64,000 bases of DNA, taken from positions 150,226,001 through 150,290,000 of the forward strand of contig NC_042997.1 in NCBI RefSeq assembly GCF_006345805.1. Reading direction: 5' to 3'. The position numbers and the translations under genes were made by a program. Source of the DNA: Octopus sinensis. Its lineage: Eukaryota. Positions within the stretch are counted from its first letter, which is position 1. Each line of letters opens with the position of its first letter. The notes below the pieces were generated by a model. It saw only the letters and a list, made by a program, of their open reading frames with translations. It was not told where the DNA came from and did not search any database. This document shows positions 1 through 12,304 of the stretch, in pieces.

Positions 1-469
1 ATGAGAAGTCAAGAGACTGGATGTTTTATGTTTACGAGTATTTCTGCCTATATATACACATACGCATGTAGTTTTTTATTCGTTTCTTTAATATATTTAT
101 AGTTGTGAATAAAATACATACTTGTGAACCATAATATACACATATACACTCACCCACTCCCACATACAACACCTCTACCCCCACCCTCAGCCTAACCCAC
201 GCCACCATTGCTTTCCTCACTCTCGCCTCCCCACATCCCAAAACCACCACACACCACCATACCACACACCATCATACCACACACCACCACCCACATACTA
301 GCACTGACCTCTTCCCAGTCCCCACGTCATCCTCCACACACCTACACATGCACACACACACGCGTCAAGGCCACCAGCCCTCTTCCACAAGCACATACAT
401 GCTCTCTTTTATCACGCTCGTGCAATTTCGATTTGGGATCACCACTACTTTATCATCTCCCCTTCTACG

Positions 470-685
470 TAGCTCTCCTGTGTGACCCCTCTGTCCGGTA
501 TTCGCCATGATAAATCGCTAGCCACTACACATTCGTTATTTTCTCTCTCTGTTTCTTTCTGTGGAAGAGCGTAGGCTCGAAACGTTAAAGTCTTTTTTAC
601 TTCCCGAGCGTTAAACTAATATATCTGTTTGTTGTCTTCGTCTTTTCTTTTTTGCGAATTCTGTCCCCCTTCTCTCTCTCTCTCT

Positions 686-690
<5 letters not shown>
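470..690 (+). mobile_element. Penelope-like terminal-repeat relic (non-autonomous) containing a hammerhead-like motif
   Basis: Contains CTTT-CTGTGGA-A-GAGC(gtag)GCTC-GAAACGTT-AAAG, then AGCGTTAAACTAATA (also seen at 44879-44893), and ends on a (CT)n(TA)n tract. Family assignment is inferred from the known PLE/hammerhead association. Confidence 0.6.
555..590 (+). ncRNA. Minimal type I hammerhead ribozyme-like motif (core variant)
   Basis: Stem I CTTT/AAAG, core CTGTGGA (canonical CTGANGA), stem II GAGC/GCTC, GAAA, palindromic ACGT helix III, GUU cleavage triplet. Confidence 0.6.

Positions 691-738
<48 letters not shown>
688..738. repeat. (TA)n microsatellite
   Basis: Directly visible uninterrupted TA run. 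Confidence 0.95.
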
Positions 739-740
<2 letters not shown>

Positions 741-1836
741 AAATTCGCATACTAGCGCTCATCCTTTTGCATATTCTATCATATAACCATACTTTTTATA
801 AGAATTGAAAACAGAAACATTTTATTACAAATCTTGTGTGGGAATGATGGTTTGTATATATATGTGTGTGTGAGAGAGAGTCTGTGTTTGTGTATGCGTG
901 CGTGTGAGTATGGATGTGTGTATGTGTTTTTTTTGTGCGCGCACGCGTAAGGAACTGTAAAAATAAATCAGATTCCATAGAAATTGCTGGATTTTCGAAG
1001 TCAAAAATCTGTTGTAGAATCTCAGCAAAAGAACCCTGAAGTGATATCAAATTACGTTCACTTGCCAGGCAAAAAGCACCAAAGAATTTGTAGATAAAAA
1101 AAAGAGAAAAATGTATTTTATGGCGGTTCACTTCTTTCGCAAAAGTATTAGACTTTTGTAAAGTTAAATTGCGAAATACCAATAATCAAAGCTCTCTTGT
1201 AATTTCAGGAATCTGGGAAGTTTAAATTTCAGCATATGTAATTTTATAGACTTATTCTTAACTATGTCAATAGGATGGATAATGGTAAACATTAAAGATA
1301 AGAAATAAAAAGAGTCTGTTTTTTTTTATGAAGATATTTACTACACATGGTACGTAAAATACTATCAATTAATTCTTTGACCCTTCTAGATTAAATCAGG
1401 TACACATCAACGAAAAGATATTGAAAGAACTGGTTGACTTTAAGTTCAATAATGTTAATAGTCTTCATCACTTGGTTGGCATTGATCCACCTCATATCAG
1501 ATGGGATGTTGCCAGCGAAGCTGAAAATAATAATAATAGTAAAAAAAAGAGAGAGGCATATATTTGAAAGAAATCCATTACAAACTCGATGATAAGACTC
1601 GAAAAAAATTTCATGATATTACTTTTCCTGAAGAGGATACGAAAGAACCTATCCAAAATAAAAAAAAAATCGTTTGAAGAAGAGAGCGGTAAATGTTAAA
1701 TGCTCAACTGCTGGGAGCAAATAAGAAGGTAGAATCATGGGAACAGTTTTCAAAAGACGTGATGCTTGCTTAAAGCCGTCTTAATCGACTTCATGTTCGA
1801 TTGAGCCATAGCTAAGGAATACATACATATGAAATA

Positions 1837-1855
1837 CCACCACCACCACCATTAT

Positions 1856-1896
<41 letters not shown>

Positions 1897-1915
1897 ATAA
1901 TAATAATAATAATAA
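1837..1915. repeat. Compound trinucleotide microsatellite (CAC)n(TAC)n(TAA)n
   Basis: Directly visible. Confidence 0.9.
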
Positions 1916-1918
1916 TCC

Positions 1919-2121
1919 TTTCTATTAAAGGCACAAAACCTGAAATTTCGTGGGGGATGCTAGTCGATTATATCGAACCCAGTGTTTCACTGGAACTTAA
2001 ATTATTGTCTCCGAAAGGATGAAATATAGAGTCGACTCAGAATTTGAACTCAGAGTGTAGCAGCAGATGACACACCGCTAAGCAATTCGTCCGGCGTGCT
2101 AACGATTCTATCTGCTCGCCT

Positions 2122-2122
<1 letters not shown>
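1919..2122 (-). mobile_element. tRNA-derived SINE, family B-related, diverged
   Basis: Reverse-complement similarity to the SINE at 16594-16822 (GAAAGGATGAAA, GAATTTGAACTCAGA, CCGGCGTGCTAACG). A more decayed copy follows at about 2165-2340. Confidence 0.8.
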
Positions 2123-2152
<30 letters not shown>

Positions 2153-2631
2153 GATAACAAAAGTTCTAATGTTGGTACCAGGCCAGCAGTTTTAAGCAGA
2201 GGTATCAATCGATTACATCGACTCAGTACTTACCTGGTACATTATTCTATCGATCTTGGAGAGATATGTACAGCCAAGTTAATATTCACGAGATTTGAAC
2301 TCAGATGAAAAAATGTCGCAAGTAAGGCTTCTCACCACTTGTAATGGGAGGGAGATGAAAATCATTTCGATCTAGTGATTTACTGTTTGACCGATTCCTA
2401 AAGAATGAACAGTAACGCTGATCCTGATGTGGTTAGATATCTATTACATCTTCAACGTTATTGACAGCAGAATCTGTGAGGTACAAGTAATTCTGATGTT
2501 GTTCAAAGAAAAACTTACTGGGTATGAGTAAAATGACTAAAGTTAGATACGATTGAATACTGAACATTTTATTGAATATTATTGAAGGTGTATTCGTCTG
2601 TTTTTCTTTTATATTTTTTTTTAAGAAAATA

Positions 2632-2831
2632 CAAGGGGTTGCTGAAAAGTTCCTGATTTAAGGTTATCGGAAGCCCAGCTTTCAGAGTTTTTTTTTAGAG
2701 GGCTTAGAAAAACTGAAAGACTTCTGGAATGAGTGTGAATCTGAGGGGAGAATATGTTGAATAAAATCATAATTAACTGATCTTCCTGTATTTTCTTTAC
2801 TCAAAACCAGGGACTTTTCAGCACTTCCTCG
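2632..2831 (+). mobile_element. Mariner-derived MITE / deletion derivative, copy 1
   Basis: TA flanks; imperfect 24-bp TIRs CAAGGGGTTGCTGAAAAGTTCCTG and CAGGGACTTTTCAGCACTTCCTCG; internal remnant reading GLEKLKD..RGEYVE*, resembling a mariner transposase C-terminus. Confidence 0.8.
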
Positions 2832-3579
2832 TATAATCCCACTCGTGATGTCCAGACACGTATATACCCGCGCATATATGAGTTCTCAAATGCGCTTTAT
2901 ACATTGTCATATTAGCTTTTTGTAATATCGAGGATTTGAATATTGGTTGCGTTTTTCCATTCTTTACGACAGTGGAATAATATTTGAAAGAGATTAGGGT
3001 GCTATTTCTTGCTCATCAAGCAATAACGTAGTGAAAGCCATCATTGCTTCGTCATTAACTTAAATATATTGCATTGCTTCAACAAAACTAGTTATGTAGG
3101 CAATATTTTTTGTTCAGTAGATTTTCACATATATAGCAATGCTTATTACGTATCTGGATGTTACGAGCTCAGCTTCATTTCATGCGTGAAATAAAGAGAC
3201 AAGGGCAGATAAAAATACACCAACAACAAAAATGTAATATAAAAAAAAATCAGAGAAAACAAGAAACAAAAAATATCTGAGCAATATAACAGGAGTAAAA
3301 AAAAAAATAGAAAACAATTCACAAACCGAAAATAGAAAAAAAATTCTTTCAGCAATTAGAGGAAATAAATGTGTTGTCGTGATGTATATGTGAGTGTTTC
3401 TTTCCCCCTCTCTATTTCTATCTCTCTTATTCTTTGCCTATACCTGTCTTATCTTTTTACTCCCTGTTAAGAGTTCGTGCAACATATTTTTACATGTGTG
3501 TGCAAAGCTTAAGACATATTCGAATCTCTTGTTTTTTGGTTTGTGTTTATTTGCGCGCATAGGTGCTACATACATCCAC

Positions 3580-3825
3580 CTATATATATACATATATATT
3601 TATATGTATGTGTGTATGTATGTATGTATGTATGTATATGTATGTATTTATATATATATATATATATATGATGTATATATATATATGTATGTATATATAT
3701 ATGTATATATATATATACATACCTATATATACATCATATATATACATACATATATATATATGTATGTACGTATTTGTGTATGTATCTAATACATATATGC
3801 ATGTATGTATGTAATATATATACGA

Positions 3826-3875
<50 letters not shown>

Positions 3876-3885
3876 CACACATGCA
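3580..3885. repeat. Complex (TA)n/(TATG)n microsatellite
   Basis: Directly visible; source of the YIYI-type ORFs. Confidence 0.95.
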
Positions 3886-4289
3886 TATACATAGTGTTAG
3901 ATACGTGTGAAGGCGTTGAAGGCGTATGACAACGTGTTTGTGGGATTGAATGTGAACCGAGAAGCGTATATACTTGTGATGAGTTAGTGAGTAGACTAAT
4001 TGTAGTGTAAGCTTGACCTAGCAAGTGCTTCGCCTTAACTATCTCAAATAACACGGAGACATGTCACTAATAAGTAAGTCGTGTGGTGATAAGTACAATT
4101 AGAATCTGTAATGTGTAAAGGAAACACACATGAAAATCACATTCAAACGCAATCAGGTGGTAAAAGAAATTTTATGTATGCGAGGATGTATGTTGGTGTG
4201 TGTTACGTATAAAAACGTGCTAATACCTCAATATACTTATTCAGACATATACAAACATACTCACAAAAATCTAAGCCTACACTTTCACA

Positions 4290-4688
4290 GACACAGTCGT
4301 GGTTGTGTGGTAGAAGGTTTACCTCCCAAACACATGGTTCTGAGTTCAGTCTCACTGCATGGCACTTTGGGCAAGTGTCTATTAAAATAGCCTCGGGACA
4401 AACCAAAGAACTGTGATTGAGTCTACCACATGGAAAACGATATATATATATATATACTTATGTTTATGTGTCTGTGTCCTTGTGATTCTGAACCCAGCCA
4501 ACGCTTGACGGCCGGTGTTAGTGTATTTTCGTCCCCGGAACTTAGCAGCTCGTCCAAGGGGTCAACAGAATAACTACTAGGCTTTGAAAATAAGACCTGG
4601 AATCGATTTGCTCGACTAAAATAGCTTCAAGGCGGTGCTCCAGCATGGTCGCAGTCAGATGACGGAAACAAGTAAGAGATAAAAGATA
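4290..4688 (+). mobile_element. tRNA-derived SINE family A, diverged
   Basis: A-box-like TGGTTGTGTGG, B-box-like GAGTTCAGTCTC, internal TA tract, 3' end GGCGGTGCTCCAGCATGG..GAAACAAGTAAGAGA shared with other family A copies. Confidence 0.85.
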
Positions 4689-4765
4689 TAGCAGACATGA
4701 TTGTGTGAGTGTGGTTGGAGACTTCAAAAATGTTAAGGCTCTCAGTCACTTGAATTACAGAGTCG

Positions 4766-4769
<4 letters not shown>

Positions 4770-4817
<48 letters not shown>

Positions 4818-5066
4818 TATATATTGTATATATATATACAAATATATATATATTATATATATATATATATTATATATATAAATATATATTTGTATACATA
4901 AATATATATATTATATATATAAATATATATTTGTATATATATATAACTATATATATAATATATATTTGTATATACATATATATAACTATATATATAAATA
5001 TATATTTGTATATACATATAACTATATATATGAATATATATATATATATAATATATATATATATAT
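4770..5066. repeat. TA-derived complex repeat with internal higher-order units
   Basis: Recurring TATATTTGTATATA and TAACTATATAT blocks inside a TA tract. Confidence 0.9.
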
Positions 5067-6375
5067 TCGAGTACTAATTTTCCAATTTGTTTTACATGTT
5101 CTTACAGTAGTATCAAGAGTTCTTACTCGTCTGTGCGTGTATGTGTGTGTGATTGTGTATGTGCAAGCATTTTTTAATATAAGTTATATATGCATTTATA
5201 ATGTGTATGTATGTGTGTGTGTATTTATTCGGCTAAGATCGTTTCTCGGACTGGACTATTCATCGCTCTTCACTTTATATTTACTCCAGTCCCTTTATGC
5301 TGAGAAGGTGTGTGAACAGCAACAGATGGTACTGAACATTGCTATGGATTGTATGCGGTGTGTTTGTGTTTAAGTTACCGACTATTGCGAGCAGCGATAA
5401 TGATTATACCGTTGAGAGTTAACGTGTGTAGTTAGTTTCATGGCGTACGTTAAAAACAAGTACAACCGTTGGTGGAGAGGTGGATGAGGAGGAGAAGGGT
5501 GAAAGCCTAAAATGTTTTATAGATGTTCTGTGGCGTGTACGTAATTTTGTGTGAAAAAAAAAGACAATTCTGGTTTGGTGTTTGCAACATTGAGAAGATG
5601 TTCGAAGTAGTGATGCATTGATTAGGGCTGTTACAGTTGCTAGAGTTAAAATTTATCCCCATTAAACGTGGATGTTCTCTTAGAGCAAACTATACTGAAA
5701 TACATATCATGAGAGAAAGTCTCGAATTGGCATTTTGTGTAAAATGCACTAAAAACCAATAGGAGAGTTTCTCCCATGTTAAATACTGCAATATAGATCA
5801 GCGACTTTTAAGTGGAGATAAATATTACATCGGGGTATTAATGGCACCTCTGTCGCTAAAAATTATGTAGTAGCTATAATAGTTTAGCTAGTGATGAATT
5901 TTGCAATCGCTATTGCCTCCGCCTTAAACATGGTTATCTAGTTTGTTTTAGCTAGACTGGAGAGCTAACTATAGTTCTGACTGTTCTCTAATATGATTTT
6001 AATTTGCTTTTTAACTTTATTTTCTACTGTACCAACTTGAACAGTTTTGATGTTTCATTTAACATTTTTTACTTCTAATTTTTAATGTCTTAAATCACTA
6101 ATTATTATACCAGCGAGTCGGTGAAGGTTGTTATTTACTTTGATTATAATATTTCTCAGATATTTGGTGTTGAGTTCTAGCATTTATTTTATTTATATTT
6201 TGATATACTTTCTGCAATGTGGGGGTCTTTCGAAATCAGAAAGCAGCGATTGCCTACCACCAACAGAGTAGTACATGTTTCTTCGAACATAGAAGAAAGT
6301 TTGGGCTTGCCAGTTTAAGATTTGTTCTCAAGTGAATATAAGGTATATCGCTTGGCCGCCGAACCATGGATTCTA

Positions 6376-6590
6376 CAAGGGGGTGCTGCAAAATTCCTGG
6401 CTTTAATGGTTTCGCGAAAGGCCTGGCCTAAGGCCCAACCTCCAGTGTACCTTTAAAGGGATTAGGAAAACTGAAGGATCTCTGTAATATGTTTGAAGCT
6501 GAGAGGCGAATATGTTCAGTAAAGTCATAATTAACTGATCCTCCAGTATTTTCTTTTACCCAAAGCGAGGAACCTTTCAGCACCTTCTCG
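6376..6590 (+). mobile_element. Mariner-derived MITE, copy 2
   Basis: Starts TA-CAAGGGGGTGCTGCAAAATTCCTGG and ends GGAACCTTTCAGCACCTTCTCG; shares TCATAATTAACTGATC and the GAATATGTT block with 2632-2831. Confidence 0.8.
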
Positions 6591-7740
6591 CATAAAGAGA
6601 ATAAACATTCATAGCACTCTGATGATTTATTTTTAATTACACAGAGAGAAAAGTAAGAAAGGTGTCAGTCATGATCCTTGACCCCGTTACACATAGGCTT
6701 CAGTTAAGTTTTTCAGAGCGTTCGAAATTTTATCACGAGTTAAAATTTTATACATAAACACGAAATTCCATCCGGATGTTTGCGACAGAAGGATCTTTTC
6801 TGTTTGGCTGCGACTTTTCAGTTTCTTCAGCTTCTGTTCCAATCGATTTCATATTTGGTGCTAAGATGTACTTTTGTATGATTATCATTGGCGTAAAATT
6901 CATTTTCGCCATAAATCAATCAATAATTTTAGTGAATCGTAAACCAAAGACACATTCATGTCTGATTCTATAGTAACAAGCCAAACATGGGAACTCTTAT
7001 GTTTGCGAGAAAGCACATGTGTTGAAAATATATTCTACACGAAACCACATGCGTTGACGATATTATGTTGCTTGTGCCCACCCCAGTCGTGAGATGTGCT
7101 AGAGATAAAAGGGAAATAGGTGTTACATCACGCCCCATCAATTATTTTCTTTTAGTTTTGCATAATCGTGTGAATTCCCACATGTAGAATACATATTTAC
7201 AAAAATGTTGCGAAAATTCAAAAAATAAATAAGTTATGCGGAGTTATATGTCGTGCGTAGAACAGAATTTGATTTAGTTACAGTTCCATATTAAAACACG
7301 TGCTATTTTCAGACTATAAACTCGTGCAGTCGCGCACAAACAGGAAAGATCCTGACAGTATCTAGTCTTGGGAGTAAAATTTTGATGAAATCTGCTCGTA
7401 TGCCCCACAGTGGTCCCCAGTTGTAATTCCAATTTTCGACAAAGTCACATACATTTTGCCTGTACAGTATGTCCTGTGTATGCATGTCTGTCGAGAACAT
7501 AACCGCTTACATTATAATTCATTAATCAAGCAATCCCTTCGACGCAACTACTGAAACACTTGTCTGTCACAACCGAAGCACGATCTATCATCATGCATGT
7601 ATGTGTACATTCTTCTTTTGGGATTTGTTCAAGAATATATGTAGGTATATTTGTTTGTATGCATGTATGTATGAATGCATGTGCAAATATATCTCTTTCT
7701 CACTCTCTCACACTCTCTTCCTCTCTCTCTATCTGTCTCC

Positions 7741-7793
<53 letters not shown>

Positions 7794-7994
7794 TATGCGT
7801 GTACACATACACGTACATATATGTGTGAATGTGTGTTCCTGGCATTCATTACGGATCGATATCAATATATCAATAAATAATAGACAGGAAATGCTTTAGA
7901 ATTAATTCTGCTTAAACTTGTAGTCTCTCGTCGTGAAGGTTGGTTTCTATTTCAAACAAGAATGAGAAATATCCACATACCCACGGCTCCCTTA

Positions 7995-10207
7995 CATCAT
8001 CAAAGCACAGCAACAGCACTTACTACTAAAAACCCCTCTTTTATGCCACTATTACTACTAACACCACCATTGCTACTACTGTAATTTTCATAGGTGCATT
8101 GATTAATTATGTCTTGCATGCACAATCGTATTGCAACGATTTTTACAGGCTGGAATTTCCTGTTCACTATGTGGGCCCCACCACTATTCATCATTTTCAA
8201 TCTCCTCATCTTGATCTTCATCTCCTACTTCTTTTTCGTCATCATCATCATCGTAATAGTAATCACCGTCATCGTCGACGTCGTTATTAACGTAGCCACC
8301 ATCAGTACCAGCACCAGCGTCATTATGTTCATCAACCAGCGATTGTCAGCCTTACTAATAAATGGCCTGTCAACGTTGGTGGTTGGTGACTGACCACAAG
8401 GATGATTGACACCAATGACCGTTACTCGCCCTCTAACTCTCTGCCTCTTTCACTCCCGCTCACTCTTTCATTCATTCATTCATTCATTATGTCACTCTTT
8501 GTTTTTTTTGTTTTTTCATTCTTATTTCATTTTTTTTTTCACTTCGTATATTTGCTTTATTTCTATTTCTCTCCAAATCGACCGGACTTCAAACAAAAAC
8601 AACTGACCACTGATGTGATCACTTCCAAACTACAACCACCACACAGCACAACCACTACTCCCACCAACACCACCTCTATTGCCGCTACTGTTATTAAGCC
8701 TCCCGCACTCTTTCACTACTCAGTCTTTTATCAGAAGGGTTATAGAAAATGTTAGCCATTAATTAAATAGCCACTCCTATCCAACTCACCAAGCATTAAC
8801 CTTCTCGATAGCCTTCCACCAGAAGCTCTCCCACTAAACACCTCAACTACCCTGTACAAAATCACAACTATTACTGCACAAAACCAATCCTCTTCTCCTC
8901 CTCTCCAGAATGTAACAGTTACAATGGACACCACTACACAATCGCCACGATTACGATAAAGTAGGGACACCACCATCACTATCACCACAACGAACACTAA
9001 CACCTGCGGTAGCACTTCACACTAACTCACTCAACCAACAAGGAATGTTCAATATCCAACCTACATAGTTTTGATGACTAAGCTTTACAATACCGTCAAT
9101 AACCCACTGCCTGCTATCATCTTACCCATGTTGCTATACCAATCTCAATAATGATAACGCAATCTTCAGCACAGTCAACATCATCATCAACTTCAATTCA
9201 GACCTTTTGTTGTAGAGGGCGGTTGATTGACATAATCATTAGACCCTTCACGCTTTCTCCGGCTTCCTATGTTTTGAGTTCAAATCACATCGAGATTGAA
9301 TTTACATTTCCATCCTCTTTAGCAAATGAAATAAACTGCTATCTACAAAAAGTACTGGGTAAATGGACGGTCACTCAATCTGCTAGAGGGAGTAACCAAA
9401 TCGCACTCAAATTAGACGGAAATTTCTAAAATTAGAATGAGGTGAATAGAGTAGTATCGGAGGCTTCAAATGGTAACGAGAATGTCATGGAGGGGGGTGT
9501 TTTTGATGCGAGACTTCCAAGATCATTACCAATTTGGTGTTAAGCAAACAAAACCATTTAAAGACATTTTAACGACAGACCTGCCTCACTCTTACCTTAA
9601 AAACGGAAAGGTATGATTTAAAGAAGGTTCGACTGCATTTCTACAGCTTCGTTAGCTGCAAAATACTTTTAGATATATGCCTACAAGAAATAAGAACACA
9701 AAATCCGTGATCGATCGTGCTTTAGTCGAAGGTACTTTGCTAACGGCAGCGTTGACTACCACATAGCATAATCTGTATGGTGCTCTGGATCTATGGGATG
9801 TATCTAGTTAATACATTGAGTGCACAACAGATTCATACGTATTACGTACTTATAACAGTTATATTTATGAATTTAGTGCAATATCAGTATCCTACTACGA
9901 ACAGTATACGGTGATCGTTCACCATATCGCGGTGCACCTATCGTGGTTCAATTTTCGCTGTGTATTATTCAAGCTTACGTCGATTCCTCCGTGGTATTGT
10001 TTTGCATTTATGATAAAATAAATATATACAAATTATAGAAATAATAATAATAAAACATATACGGTATAGTACTGTTTCTACTTCGCTGACTTTCACTTAT
10101 CACAGGGGAGGATTTTGGAACGTAACACCCGCGATAGTCAAGGAATTGCTTTATTTTTAAACCTAAGTGTATACTTGTGAATTTTAGGAATTTAGTATAT
10201 GTACATA

Positions 10208-10254
<47 letters not shown>

Positions 10255-10278
10255 ACACACACACATATATATATATAT

Positions 10279-10309
<31 letters not shown>

Positions 10310-10721
10310 GTATATAGATTAGTACATTTGACTTCTATTATAAATCTTGGCTATGGAAGTCTGAAAACATGAAGTTTCTTTACTACATCACAGTAATACA
10401 GTTTCTGACTATTATTGAACGATAGTCAATAGAGAGTAATACGCCGGTGCAGACAGAAACACAGGCACATATAAAACGACCATACACACGATCATAGATA
10501 ACCTATAGACGTAGCCAAGACGTGCACGTAAAACACCCACGCACAATTTTAACAACGTACTCACTTGAACGAACACACATACATAAGTTAACAAAAGAAT
10601 AGATACACTTATATTACACATATAACATTTTCTGAATGATTCTGTATGAGCACTAGTTTTTTTGGTGCAATTGAAATGGAAATAATTTTTGCTGAGGGAC
10701 ACTAATGACTATGTTAATTCA

Positions 10722-10759
<38 letters not shown>

Positions 10760-11146
10760 TACACACACACATTTGGGATAGGGTTATTAAAAAGTAACAA
10801 AAAAAAAACTGCTTCGTGGATATTTTAAATCAGAATTGACCATTACCAGTTAGCATTGATATGCAATCAAAACGTAAACAATTTCTAGTAGGAATGTTTC
10901 GTACTGGAAAGGTACTGCTGTCATTTATGTTACCAATACCACTGCCACAAACATCATCATCAGCAGCAGCAGCATCATCACATTCATCATGCACAAACCA
11001 TCATCAGGGACCCTAATCAACAGCTCTACTGACCTTCATTATCACTAAACATCACAGCAATTGCGACAAGGTCTAGAACCTCTTACTAGCTTCGGAGAAA
11101 GTTTTGAAAACAATGGCAGACAAAAACGATAGCAACCGCAAACACC

Positions 11147-11180
<34 letters not shown>

Positions 11181-12227
11181 TTTCATCATCAACATCGTCA
11201 TAGCAATCATCATAACCATGCTCTTACGATTTCATCACACACCTCGTTTACCATCCCGATCCTCACCATCATCACTACTATACCACTTCAATTATGTCAC
11301 TATCATGATTGTTACATTTATTACTACTAACTACTAATTCCGCTACTACTACTACTGCTGCTGCTACTACTACTTACACGACTGCTGCTGCTAAAAATAT
11401 CACTATCACCGCAATCTCCATCATTACATCAACAAAAATATACAAAGCAACAACGTGAGCGGATAAAGTATGACCGACCTTAAACCTGACCCTTTCAAAA
11501 CTTCCTATCTGTCACCACAGAGGGAGTGTGTGGGGCAGGGCGGATAGTGCAGGTGGGGGTGAAAGAGTGACAAATTGACAGAAAGAGAGAGAGAGAGAGA
11601 AAGAGGACGCAAATATCAACCATGACTCCTATCACATAATCCCTCCACCCGACTTATCCCCTAATCAAACCTCTCTCAGTATCACCCGCACGACCCCACT
11701 CCGCATACAGCAACAATAACAACGACGACGACGATGACGATGATGACGACAGCAAGACCAACAAGAAGAAATAATCTTGTATCTCTCTGTAGAATCTTCA
11801 TCCATTTTTGAGTTGTCAATCCAGACAAGAAAGAGAAAAAGGAAAAAAAAACATCAAAAGAGTAAAAAAAAAACGGTTTAAAAAAATGCTTTTGCCTTCT
11901 CTTTTCCTTCTACCACTAACATTCTTGTTCTATGTCATTCTTTCACAACATTCTCATCTTCGACATCAACATCACTATCACTACCACCATATTCAATCAT
12001 CATCATCAGCATCATCACCATCACTATTGACACATTCTTCATCAGGACCACTCCCATCGCATCCTCACCACCGTCATTGTCGTCTCTGCCACCAGCACCA
12101 GCGCCACCATCATCATCTTCGTCGTCGCCATCGCATCACCGCCTCCAGTAAGGTCACATTTATCATAACTAACAATCACCACTTTTGCCACATTCATCAC
12201 CACTACTACAACAACAACAACAAGCAC

Positions 12228-12261
<34 letters not shown>

Positions 12262-12266
12262 GCCAC

Positions 12267-12304
<38 letters not shown>

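Noticed and set aside
1626-1655. CTGAAGA-GGATAC-GAAAG hammerhead-like string
   Set aside because: Stem II is a single pair and stem I does not pair.
3394-3882. YIYI/VCVC/HTHT-type ORFs here and throughout the window
   Set aside because: Dinucleotide and tetranucleotide microsatellite translations.
5925-5965. TGGTTATCTAG resembling miR-9
   Set aside because: Seed end differs and there is no precursor-sized hairpin.
7309-7500. 63-aa minus ORF and plus-strand splice signals at 7313/7466
   Set aside because: All plus frames contain stops between the best sites; the minus ORF lacks good splice sites or a known domain.
9585-9625. Minus-strand pyrimidine tract plus AAG|GTAAGA recursive-site look-alike
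   Set aside because: Lies in what appears to be an old repeat and uses AAG rather than YAG.
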